Positions 26,031-37,599 of a stretch of DNA of 64,000 nucleotides are shown in pieces. The notes under the pieces were generated by a model. It made no database searches. It saw nothing but the letters and a program-made list of their open reading frames with translations, and was not told the origin of the DNA. The stretch spans positions 62,001 to 126,000 of the forward strand of contig JAXLNO010004831.1 in the NCBI GenBank assembly GCA_038087875.1, read 5' to 3'. The position numbers and the translations under genes are program-made. The DNA is from Malacoraja senta (lineage: Eukaryota). Positions within the stretch are counted from its first letter, which is position 1. Every line of letters begins with the position of its first letter.

Positions 26031-26977
26031 CCAGAAAGCAAGGAAAAGTTCAAGCTTAAGGAGAGGAAATCTGAATTCACGTTCTAGACCTTCATCATTT
26101 AATTTGGCAACTAAATTGTTGCAACTTTATTTACCTCCACAGATGCTGTTGGATCATTTCCAACATGTTATATTTCTGTGTCAAGTTTATAGCACCACGT
26201 CATTATTTTACCTTATTTTCCACTGAAAATGGAAAGGTTGTTTGATAGATTTGTAATGTAATCATAGCCTAGAACATGGGTCTTTTGCTGATTAATATTG
26301 AGTCGAGTCCAGCAATACATTCCCCAGGGCTTGAGCAATTGTGCTCTTGACCTGCTGTGAATTTATCAGAGAGAAGTGTAAGGATGTGTAAAAGTGTAGT
26401 TATGCCGGCTGAAGTATGTACATTTTTGAGATGGTAGAGAAAATGGGAAGATTAATCACTTCTGTTCAGAAGACATTTAACAAGGTTACACTTAAAGTGT
26501 TTATAAACATTTGTGAGGTAGGATCAGATTATTTGACTGGAAGGTAATTTTCCCCAAGTGAATGTGGGTGGTGGGAAAATTGAGAGAGGAGGGAAGTTCA
26601 TTGGAATGTGAGATTTACATGGAAACATAGAAAATACTGTAGGTGCAGGAGTAGGCCATTCGGCTCTTCGAGCAAGCACCGCTATTCAATATGATCATAG
26701 CTGATCATCCAAAATCAGTACCCCATTCCTGCTTTTTACCCATATCCCTTGATTCCATTAGCCCTAAGAGCTAAATCCAACTCTATCTTGAAAACATCCA
26801 GTGAATTGGCCTCCACTGCCTTCTGTGGCAGAGAATACCACAGATATACAACTCTCTGGGTGAAAAAGTTTTTCCTTATCTCACTCCTAAATGGTCTACT
26901 GCTTATTTTTAAACTATGACGCAAGTTTCTGTGTTCGATGACTTTATTCTCCTCAGTGATTTGATACACACGTTAAT

Positions 26978-27295
26978 AGTTTAGTTTAGAGATATAGAGC
27001 AGAAACAGGCACTTTGGCCCACCGAGTCTGCGCTGGCCATCGACTCCCGCACCTTAACGCTGCCCTACACACAAACTTGGGACAATTTAATATTTACACC
27101 AAGCCCATTAACCTATAAACATGTACGTCTTTGTACGTGGGAGAAAATCGATGGTCTTGGAGAAAACCCATGCAGGTCACAGGGAGAACGTACAAACTCC
27201 ATACAGACAGCACCTATAGTTAGGATCGAACCCGGGTCTCTGGCACTGTGAGGCAGTTGCTCTACCTCTACTGCACGGTGCCACCCATAATAGTG
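26978..27295 (-). mobile_element. tRNA-derived SINE
   Basis: Same family on the minus strand. Confidence 0.8.
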
Positions 27296-27300
27296 CTGCC

Positions 27301-28216
27301 CAAAAGTCAAGAGAGTTTTATTGTCATGTGTCCCAGATAGGACAATGAATTCTTGCTTGCTGCAGCACAACAGAATATGTAAACATAATACAGAGATAAA
27401 AGTTCAGTGTGTCTATATACCATAGACCATATATATACACAATAAATAAACATATAAAGTGCAATAGGCTGTTATTGTTCAGAGTTTGTTTGATATCGTG
27501 TTTAATAGCCTGATGGCTGTGGGGAAGAAGCTGTTCTTGAACCTGGATGTTCCAGATTTCAAGCTCCTGTGCCTTCTTCCCGATGGCAATGGAGAGATGA
27601 GTGTGTGGTCAGGATGGTGTGGGTCTTTGATGATGTTGACAGCCATTTTGAGGCAGCGACTGCGATGGATCCCTTCGATGGAAGGGAGGTCAGAGCCGAA
27701 GATGGATTGAGCAGTGTTTACAACTTTCTTCATTCTTTTCCGCTCCTGGACGATCAAGTTGCTGAACCAAGCCACGATGCAACCAGTCAGCATGCTCTCT
27801 ACTGTGCACGTGTAGAAGTCCGAGAGAGACCTCCTTGACATACCAACTCTCCGTAATCTTCTCAGGAAGTAGAGGCGCTGCTGTGCCTTTTTTATGATTG
27901 CATCAGTGTGCTGGGACCTGGAAAGATCTTCTGAAATATGCACGCCCAGGAATGTGAAGTTCTTGACCCTTTCCACCATCGTCCCGGGATATAAACGGGA
28001 TTGTGGGTTCCTATCCTACCTCTTCTAAAGTCCACAATCAGTTCCTTGGTTTTACTGGTGTTGAGGGCCGGGTTATTGTGCTGGCCGATCTCACTAATAT
28101 ACTCTGACTCATCACCATCAGTGATTCGTCCCACAACAGTGGTGTCGTCGACGAACTTGATGATGGAGTTCGGACTATGTCTGGCTACGCAGTCATGAGT
28201 TTAGAGTGAGTACAGT
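27301..28216 (-). mobile_element. Rex1/Babar-type LINE 3' fragment
   Basis: [64 protein letters not shown]. Confidence 0.88.
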
Positions 28217-28612
28217 AGAACAGTTTTCTTATTTTTCAGTCATCAATATTCTCAATAGAATGGGCCATAAAAAAGTACTTCCTGTGGAAAAAGTTCAGTA
28301 ACTTGGGGGAAAAAGATTTAAACTAATTGGTCAACTAAATTGTAAAAGACAACGTAAAAAGAATACACATGTGATCCATGAACTAGTTCAAAGAGCTGCC
28401 TTGCCTCAGCCACCATCCACTGAATGCTGCTGAGTGGTGTATTTGTGGAATACTTTGTAGGATTGCATGGAATAAAAATATACATCAATCATAATTAATT
28501 TAAATGGCACAGAGGATGCCAGGTTTTATTTACACTCTATTTGGAGACACAGAACAATGCTATACAAGGCAGGATGTACAGGAAGGAACTGCTGATGCTG
28601 GTTAAAACTCTC

Positions 28613-29303
28613 CAGTGAGTCCCTCAGCACGTACTCCTGCAGTCTGGAATGGACAGATGATGTTTTGGGTCAGACGCTTCTTCAGACTGATTGTAATAGA
28701 AAGCTGAAAAAGAGATGTGGGGCTGGGACAAAGCCTGGCAAATGATACAGGTGATAAGACACAAAAAGCTGGAGTAACTCAGCGGAACAGGCAACATCTC
28801 TGGAGAGAAGGAATGGGTGATGTTTCGGGTCGAGACCCTTCTTCAGACCCTTTGTCACCTTTTCACCTCTAGCCGTTGCCACTTACTCCACCCGTCTATT
28901 TATCAAAATCCGTTCTCTAGTCGCACCAGCTTCTCGTTTTCACCCAACAAATAGCTTACAATGGCCTGTTTCCTTTATCATCGTTACTTTTTTGCATATC
29001 TTTCATTCATTGTTCTTTATCTCTCTACATCATTTTCTATATCTCTTGTTTCCCTTATCCCCAACTAGTCTGAAGAAGAATCTCGACCTGAAAAGTCACC
29101 CATTCCTTCTCTCCAGAGATGCTGCCTGTCCCACTGAGTTACTCCAGCTTTTTATGTCTTATCACCTGTATTACTTGCCAGGCTTTGTCCCAGCCCCACA
29201 TCTCCTTTTCAGCTTTCTATTACAATCAGTCTGAAGAAGCGTATGACCCAAAACATCATCTGTCCATTCCAGACTGCAGGAGTACGTGCTGAGGGACTCA
29301 CTG
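28613..29303. repeat. Long inverted repeat (~236-bp arms, ~220-bp spacer) built from Penelope terminal repeats
   Basis: 28613-28848 is the reverse complement of 29068-29303 at roughly 90% identity (by eye), including the non-PLE end CAGTGAGTCCCTCAGCACGTACTCCTGCAGTCTG. Confidence 0.9.
28815..28850 (-). ncRNA. Minimal type I hammerhead ribozyme motif in a Penelope terminal repeat
   Basis: Minus strand GGGU-CUGAAGA-A-GGGUC-UC-GACCC-GAAA-C-AUC-ACCC: CUGANGA and GAAA core, 5-bp stem II, 4-bp stem I, NUH triplet AUC, loopless stem III. Confidence 0.7.
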
Positions 29304-29689
29304 AAGCTTGATGCAGTCAACACCAAGGCTCAGTGGAGGTCTACAGTCTAGGGTCCTTCGTGGTAATACATTGGGGGGCTGCAACTGGAGAAGACGCCCC
29401 TCAAACAAGGGGAGGGCTATTAACCCAGGAGGGCTATATGAGCGGCAAGGGTGCTTGATATAAGGATAGTTTGTGAACACAACCAAAAATAACCGTAATT
29501 AATCCATTTGTGGACACTGAGAATGGCAGAAACGTTTTTTGCCCTGTTCTTGTTTTGTATATATTTCATTATTCTGAATAATGTTTATTTTTGGCGGGGA
29601 TAAAATCCCTCTAGATATTACCTGACCTGCTGAGTCTCTGCAGCCCTTTGTGTTTTGCAGTGAATAGTATATATGATGTGGATGTGAAT

Positions 29690-30600
29690 ATTGGTGGTTT
29701 GATTAGTAGGTTTGCAGATGACATGTACATTGAAGAAGGTTGTCTATGGATCCAGTGGGATACAGATTAGCTAGAGAGCTGGATGGAGCAATAACAGAAG
29801 GAATGTAATCCAGACATGTGTGAAGTTGTGCGTGTCGGCATGTCATGTTCTGGTAGGACATAAACGGTAAGAACCTGAGGGGTGATAATATACAGAGTGT
29901 CCTTGGGTTGCAAGTTCATAGTTACCTGAAAACGCCGACAAGGGTAGACAGGAAAGCAAAGAATGCACTTTGGCATATTTGTCCACCTAGACATAGAAAC
30001 ATATAAAAATTGGTGCAGGAGTAGGCCATTTGGCCCTTCAAGCCAGCACCACCATTCAATGTGATCATGGATGATCAACCAGAATCAGTACCCTGTTCCT
30101 GCTTTCTCCCCATATCCCTTGATTTCGTTAACCCTAAGAGCTAACTCTCTCTTGAATACATTCAGTGAATTGGTCTCCGCTGCCTTCTGTGGCCGAGAAT
30201 TCTACAGATTCACAACACTCTAGGTGAAAAGGTTTTCCCCATCTCAATCCTAAATGGCCTACCCCTTATTCGTAAACTGTGACCCCTGGTTCTGGACTCC
30301 CCCAACATTGAGAATATTTTTCCTGCATCTAGTCTGTCAAATCCGTTATTAGTATTCTATTTCTATCAGATCCCCTCTCATCCTTCTGAATTCCAGTGAA
30401 TATAATCCCAGTCGATTCATTCTTTTATTATATGACAGTCCTGCCATCCTGGGAATTAACCTGGTGAACTTTGCTGCACTCCTTCAATAGCAAGAATGTC
30501 CTTCTTCAAACTAGGCGACCAAGACTGCACAAACTACTTCAGGTGCAGTCTCACCAGGGCCCTGTATAACTGAATAGACTCTGGCATCAAGTATAAGAGT
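29690..30600. mobile_element. CR1 fragments (plus-strand remnant with a nested minus-strand 3' end at ~29995-30570)
   Basis: GTAGGTTTGCAGATGAC RT remnant; minus-strand CR1 tail TGGTGCAGGAGTAGGCCATTTGGCCC at ~30010. Confidence 0.7.
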
Positions 30601-30895
30601 TGAGAAATCAAACAAAACATTGGTTAGGCTGCACATGGAGTATTGTGTAGAGTTCTGGTCGCTCCTCTACTAACGTTACTGTGCGGGGATCACTGGTCGG
30701 CGTGGGCCGAAGGGCCTGTTTCTGCAATGTATCTCTAAACTAAAAAGGATGTGATGGCATAAAAAGTAGTGCAGAAGGGTTTTGCCAGGTTGTTGCCTGG
30801 AATATAGGTCTGGTGTTATGTGAAGAAATTGGATAGGCTGCATTTATTCTCACTAGAATGCAGGAGTGAAATAATGAGGGCTATAGATAGTGTCA

Positions 30896-31340
30896 GAAGG
30901 ATCTGCAGATGCTGGTTTAAACCGAAGAAAGACACAACAAGCTGGAGTAACTCAGTGGGACAGGCAGCATCACTGGAGAGAAGGAATAGGTTATATTTCG
31001 GGTCGAGACCTTTTCGGGTTGAGTCCCTTCTTCAGGAAGGATCTACAGATGCTGGTTTACACCGAAGACAGATGTAAAATGCTAGAGTAACTCAGTGGGA
31101 CAGGCAGCATCACTGGAGAGAAGGAATGGGTGACATTTCGGGTCAACATCCTTCTTCAGGAAGGATTAACAGATGTTGGTTTACACCGAAGACAGACATA
31201 AAATGCTGGAGTAACTCAGCAGGACAGGCAGCATCTTTGGAGGGAAGGAATGAGTGACGTTTCTAAACATCATCCATTCCTTCTCTCCAGAAATACTGCC
31301 TGCCCTGCTGAGTTACTCCAGCATTTTGTGTCTATCTTTG
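30896..31340. repeat. Three tandem Penelope terminal-repeat units followed by an inverted partial unit
   Basis: Units start at 30896, 31036 and 31160 (GAAGGAT..CAGATG(C/T)TGGTTTA..GAGTAACTCAG..); reverse-orientation copy at ~31265-31340. Confidence 0.85.
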
Positions 31341-31789
31341 GGGTATAGATAGGATAGAGAGTAACTGTCTCTTTCCCGGGGCAGTGGAGACTAGAACTGG
31401 AGGTTTAAGGTGATGGGAGAGAAATGTCAAGGGGATCTGAGCAGACGTTTCTCACCGCAGTAGTTATCTAGAATGAGCTGCAGGGGAGATAGTAGAGGCA
31501 GATATAATCACAATGTCTATAAAGCATTTGGACTTTTGGTAGGAAAGTCAGGGAGGGATAAGGGCGTAATTCATGTAATTGCAGATAAACATCTCGGTCA
31601 GCATAGACAAGATTGGGCAAAAGGGGCTGTTTATATGCTGCATGATTCAGTTTATTTTAAGATTCTTTCTGTGGTTTTCATGTTGCTATCTCTATTAGCC
31701 AGAATAAGCACTGAAAATGGCTCAATCAGTCTACACCAGAGAGAACACTGCGTGAACCAAAGGAAGTGAGATATGTAAAATAGGTTCTT

Positions 31790-32110
31790 TAGTTTTTTAA
31801 TTTAGATACACAGCGCGGAAACAGGCCTTTCGGCCCACCGAGTCTGCACCGACCAGCGACTAACCCGCACACCAACACTATCCTATGTACACGAGGGACA
31901 ATTTGACACATGCATCAAGCCAATTAACCTACATTCCTGCACGTCTTTGGAGTGGGAGGAAATCAAAGATCTCAGCGAAAATCCACGCAGGTCACGGGGA
32001 GAACGTACTAACTCCATACAGACAGCACCCATAGTCAGGATTGAAACCGGGTCTCTGGCACTGCAAACACTATAAGGCAGCAACTCTACCACTGTGCCAC
32101 TGTGCCGCCC
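31790..32110 (-). mobile_element. tRNA-derived SINE
   Basis: Same family on the minus strand. Confidence 0.8.
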
Positions 32111-33182
32111 TTATTGGTAACTTTGTATGATCTTATTTTGATAGGATGCAAATTCTATGGGAACGCTTTCTCAAAGAGATAGATAATGATGTAGAAACAA
32201 CGAACTGCAGATGCTGGTTTGTACCAAAGAGAGTCTGTGAGAGTAAACAGTTGAAAAACTAGTCTAGCAGGAAATGTGTGGTATTTGAGTAAGTGTGAAT
32301 GTGGGGCCTCTCCAGTGAGACGATAGGGGAACTCGCTGACAAAGGGGGATGTGGTGAACAAGTCACCAGGAGGTCATATCAAAGCAGAAGTTAAATGTTA
32401 CATTGATATTTTTAGTCTGCTCTTGTTGTACTGGCATGGTGCAATCTGATTTGGACAACTTACTGTATATTGCAGCTGAAGATGATATAGATATATAGCA
32501 TTGGAACAGGCTCTTCAGCCCACCAAGTCCACGCTGAACAGCGATCACCGTACAGTAGCAATATCCTATAGACTAGCAACAATTTATAATCTTTACCAAA
32601 CCCTATTAAACTACAAACTCATCTTTGGAGTGTGGGAGGAAGCTGGAGCACCCAGGGAAAACCCACAGGTAGAATGTAAAAACTCCATGGTCAGGATTGA
32701 ACCTGGCGGTCTCTTGAGCTGTAAGGCAGTAACTCTACCGCTGTTCCACCGTGTCACCCTTTTGTGGGGGATCATGCAGAAGCCTCCTCGTGGCGATCCA
32801 CGGAACCGACGACACGATGCACTCTGAGACACGTCGGGCGACCTATTCTGTCAACATGTTGGACGACGACAGAAGCCAACAGTGAGCTACACCTCGTCTG
32901 ACACACGAGCGAATGAACCCTTGTTAGACTAATCAACTAAATTGAGAGTGCAGCATAGAGAGTGCAGCACAGAAACAAGCCCTTTGACCCATCAAGTCCA
33001 TACTAACTATTTTGGGACCTGATCTCTTTTTATCTTCCTGATATTTCCAATACCTACCCCTAGATTTTACACTTTAACGACACACGGAGCAATAAATGGT
33101 GGCCTGTGAACCAAATAACTGCCGTGACTTCCCTTTATGGGTGGAGTAGCTGAATATCATATTTCCAAATGTTGATCAGTAA

Positions 33183-33480
33183 GGGCGGCACGGTGGGGCA
33201 GCGATAGAGTTGCTGCCTTAAAGTGTCAGAGCCCCGGGTCCGATCCTGACTATGGCTGCTGTCTGTACGGAGTTTGTACATTCTCCCCATGACCAGTGGG
33301 TTTTCGCCAAGATCTTCGGTTTCCTCCCACACTCCAAAGACGTACAGGTTTGTAGGTTAATAGGCTTGATATAAATGTAAATTGTCCTTCGTGTGTAGGA
33401 TAGTGTTAATGTGCGGGGATCTGTACGGACTTGTGCTGAAGGGCCTGTTTCCACACTGTATCTCTAAACTAACCTAAAAT
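33183..33480 (+). mobile_element. tRNA-derived SINE
   Basis: GGGCGGCACGGTGGGGCAGCG head, central domain and tail. Confidence 0.85.
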
Positions 33481-33847
33481 AATCTAATTAAGCTTGACAT
33501 TTAGAATCGTGTACAGCATAGAAACAGGCCCTTCAGCCCAGCTTATCTATGCCAGCCAAGATGCCCCATCTACCCTTGACCCACCTATCTATATTTTAGC
33601 TTAGTTTAATTTATTATTAATGTCACGTGTACTGTTTTACAGTGAAAATGTTTCTTGTGTGCTATCCAGTCAGTGAAAAGACTACATTACAATGAAGCCG
33701 TTCACAATCTATAGATACAGGTTAAAGGGTATCATGTTTAGTGCAATGTAAATCCAATTGGTGTTTTGCCGATTTCCCTCCAAACCTTTCCTATCCATAG
33801 AAATGTCTATTACTTGACAATAATTGTATTATTTTCTTTGTGTCTAG

Positions 33848-34108
33848 GACCTCACACACTGATCTACTACTACACCCTGAACCACGGGAGTACTCATCTA
33901 CCAGAATATAGTGTTGTGGGTGTCATGGACGGTTGTGAGATACAGTATTATGACAAAAACATGGTCATTACAGTTCCAAGACAGAAATGGATGGCGGCTG
34001 CATTTGACAGGAATTACTGGGTAACAAATACGGTCTCTGAAACTGGTTTCCATGGAATCATCAAAGGGCAAGTCGATGAAAGGATGCGGAGGCAGAACGA
34101 AACAGCAA
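33848..34108 (+). CDS. MHC class I-like alpha1 domain exon (87 codons)
   Basis: Acceptor ttttctttgtgtctag|GA, donor A|GTTAGT, 261 nt, phase 1/1. Translation GPHTLIYYYT..LPEYSVVGVMDG..YYD..PRQKWM..YW..RRQNET shows the class I alpha1 motifs (Y7, DG, PR.W, YW, R84, N86 glycosylation sequon NET). Confidence 0.95.
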
Positions 34109-36237
34109 GTTAGTTCATTCATTTCAATACATTTGGAGTGTGATCAATGTTCATAAAAAAACATCTCAAAGAAATTTCTCGCTGTGCCAGAGACCCAGGT
34201 TTGATCCCGACTACATGTTCTCCCTGTGAACACAGATATTTCCTCCAGGTGCTCCGGTTTCATCCCATATCTTGAAAACGTGAGAGTTTGTAGGTTAATT
34301 GGGCTCTGTAAATTACTCTTGTGTGCTGAGAATGGGTGAGAAAGTGGGATTACATAGATGTGTAGGAAGGAACTGAAGATGCTGGTTTACAGCAAAGATA
34401 GGCACAATGTGCTGGAGTAACTCAGCGGGACAGGCAGCATCTCTGGATACAAGGAATGGATGACTTTTCAGGTCAAGACCCTTCCTCAGACAGAGTGTTC
34501 CCCTGACTTACTCCAGCATTTTGTGTCCATTTTGGGATAACATAGAACTAGTGTGAAAGATGATCGATGGTTGGCATGGAATTGGTGGGCAGAATGGCCC
34601 GTTTCCATGCTGAGTCCCTAACCTAAGAACTGCAGATGCTGCAAATGTGAAATAAAAACCAAAAATGCCATTGTCTGATGGCTTTATTGTCAGTTTATCA
34701 CCATGGAAACCTGTCATTACCTTATTAGTGATACCCGCTATGTCCAACCATGCCTCCCACTCCTGTCTGTAACTTACACATTCTCACAATTCTGAAGCAT
34801 TAATTTTGTTTCTCTTTCCATAGGTTCTGTTGAACCTGCTGTGTGTTCCAGCATTTTACAAATCATTGAAATGTTGGCGGCTTTTTGAATGGTTAAAATC
34901 CCTTGCGTACCTCACCAATTGTTTTTACTTTTATTGACAAATGTTGAAAGAAAAGTTTGAGTGAAATATTTAAAGGGTAACCTAAATGGCATTGTGTTCA
35001 GCCGTAGTGATGCTGCCGTAGTGCAGAGACCCAGGGTGATCCTGGCCTCAGGTGCTGTCTGTACATAGTTTGTACGTACTCCCCGTGACCTGCGTGGGAT
35101 TTCCCCGGATGCTCCAGTTTCCTCCCACACTCCAAGCCTGTGTGCCAAAGGGGATCACTGGTCACTGTGGACTCTAAGGGCTGTTTTCGTGCTATATCTC
35201 TAAATTATCTTGGGCACCAATTGTAAAGTAGGCTGTCCAAATCCGTCTGCACCACACTTGTATATCCATATAATTTGCAATTGGACATGTTTTGTATTGT
35301 AAATCAATAAGTCCTATCACCATTACTGTGTTAATTCAATGACATTCGTAGTGTACCATTGAACAAAGCAGGACTAGGCATGAGGGGACCATCGTGAGGT
35401 GGGGGTGGGGGGACAAAGGAGGACCTGGTGTGGGAGACTTTCTAACTTTGTCGGTGCCCTTTATGTGAAGAATCTTGACATACGTTGGGTTTACAAAACA
35501 AAGAATTTCACTGACTTGTCACATGTCACAATAAAGTATCATTCATTCATGATTAATTATTGCTGAAAACATTGCTTTTTGTTACCTCTTTGGTTACACA
35601 TTAAACAAATTATATTATTAATCTTTAACTGGACTAAAACAGGGTGAGGGTACAAACAGGGAACAATACATCAAAATATTATGCACTGGGCATAATTTCT
35701 ATCAATTTTCCACATCTTGCAATATTTATTATTATTTTCAAATTATATGTGATTACATGTGAATGACATTTATTAGATTATCATCTGATTCATTGAACCA
35801 TGTTTATTGAATCATATTGCCTTCAAAAATGTTTTTTATATTTGCATTATTTATGGTGCACATATTATCTGCAACATTGTTATGTTTATGAGATTGATGA
35901 GCATATTGTCGGGGCTCAAGGGTGGGAACAAGAGGGAGAGATTGGGCAAGCCAGGGCTTTATTCCATGGAGCACAGGAGGCTGAGGGGTGATCATATAGG
36001 GGTGCTTAAAATCATGAGAGGAATTGATAGAGTGTATGCCCAGAGCCTTTTACCCAGAGAAGGAGAATGAAATAACCAGAGGACATGGGTTTAATGTGAG
36101 AGGGGGAAGATTTAATTGGAACTTGGGACAATCTTTGTGCTCAGAGAGTGGTCAGCATATGGAATGACCTGCCAGAGAATGGAGTTGCGGCAGGTACAAT
36201 AACAGTATTTAAAAGACACATGGACAGGGACATGCAT

Positions 36238-36725
36238 AGGTAGATAAAAGTCCTGGAGAAACTCAGCGGGTGAGGCAGCATCTATGGAGCGAAGGAAATA
36301 GGCAACGTTTTGGGTCGAAAACCCTTCTTCAGACTGATGTGAGGGTGGGGGGAGTGGGGCCGGGGGGGGGGGGGGGTGGCAGGAAGAAGAAAGGAAGAGG
36401 TGGAGCCAGTGGGCTGAGGGAGAGCTGAGAAGGGGAGGAGAAAATAAGGACTACCTGAAATTTGGGAAGTCAATGTTCATACCGCTGGGGTGCAAACCGC
36501 CCAAGCGAAATATGAGGTGCTGCTCCTCCAATTTACGGTGGTCCTCACTCTGGCCATGGAGGAGGCTGAGGGCAGAAAGGTCGGATTTGGAATGGGAGGG
36601 GGGAGTTGAAGTGCTGATCCACCGGGAGATCAGGTTGGTTGTTGCGAACCGAGCGGAGGCGTTCGGCGAAACGATCGCCAAGCCTGCGCTTGGTCTCACC
36701 GATGTAGAGCAGCTGACATCTAGAG
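36238..36725 (-). mobile_element. Penelope-like element 3' end
   Basis: HSKSDLSALSLLHGQSEDHRKLEEQHLIFRLGGLHPSGMNIDF plus terminal repeat; close match to 3941-4440. Confidence 0.85.
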
Positions 36726-37599
36726 AGAAACGTTTTGAATGATGTCTACCCATTGCAGGGTAAATGGGACTAGCTTAAATGGGGTATCTTGATTAGCTTG
36801 GACAAGTTGGGCCAAAGGGCTTGTTTCCCTGCTGTGTGACTATCTATGACTGCTTTATAGCAAAGAGCGCTGCTGCCTCACAGCTCCAGCGATCCGTGTT
36901 CAATCATCTCCAGTGCAGTCTGTGTGGAGTATAAGCATTCTCCCTGTGACAATGTTTGTTCTCCAGTTTCCTCCCACATACCAAAATGTGCTGAATTAGT
37001 AGATTAAGCCACCGCTGCAAATAGGTGGATTTGTGGCATTGATAGAAATGAGAAAGATCCGCTTTGGGGGTAATTAGTGTTGGAATAATTTTGTTCTCTG
37101 GGCTAGAGTGGACTCAGGAGGCTGAAAGACCTCTTTCTCTGTCACATGGAATTATGGGCAGTTATTTATCCTTGAATTGCCTTCTTTCTCATTTTAGTCA
37201 ACAATGTAAAATTGAAGTAATTGACTGGATTGAACTATTTAACAATTGTAGATGAAAGGAAGAGCAGAGGCTGCTTTCCTCCACACACAAAGTGCTGAGG
37301 AACTCAACGGGTCAAGCGGCATCTTTGGAGAACATGGGAAGGCAGATATTTCGGGTGAGGATCCTACTTCAGACTGAAGTTGGGTCACGTTAGAACATGC
37401 TTTGTACTCACACTCGCAGTCCAGTGTTAGTTTTCAATTTTTTTTTGTTATTCACAGCTTGTAGTTGTTACATATTCAGCAGAGAGAAGATGAGACAAAC
37501 TAAAGCACCTGCAAAACACAACTAAAAGACCGCAGAAAGAAGCTTGAAAAGAAGGCTCTTATCTAAACAACGTACTTTCAAGAGAATTAGATTTAGCTC

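Noticed and set aside
30896-31264. CRISPR-like array (also 48212-48378)
   Set aside because: Eukaryotic context, no unique spacers and no cas genes; these are TE-derived tandem units.
36340-36380. G-quadruplex-like G runs (also 4075-4090 and 20110-20136)
   Set aside because: Ordinary parts of PLE and Rex1 3' UTRs, with nothing locus-specific.
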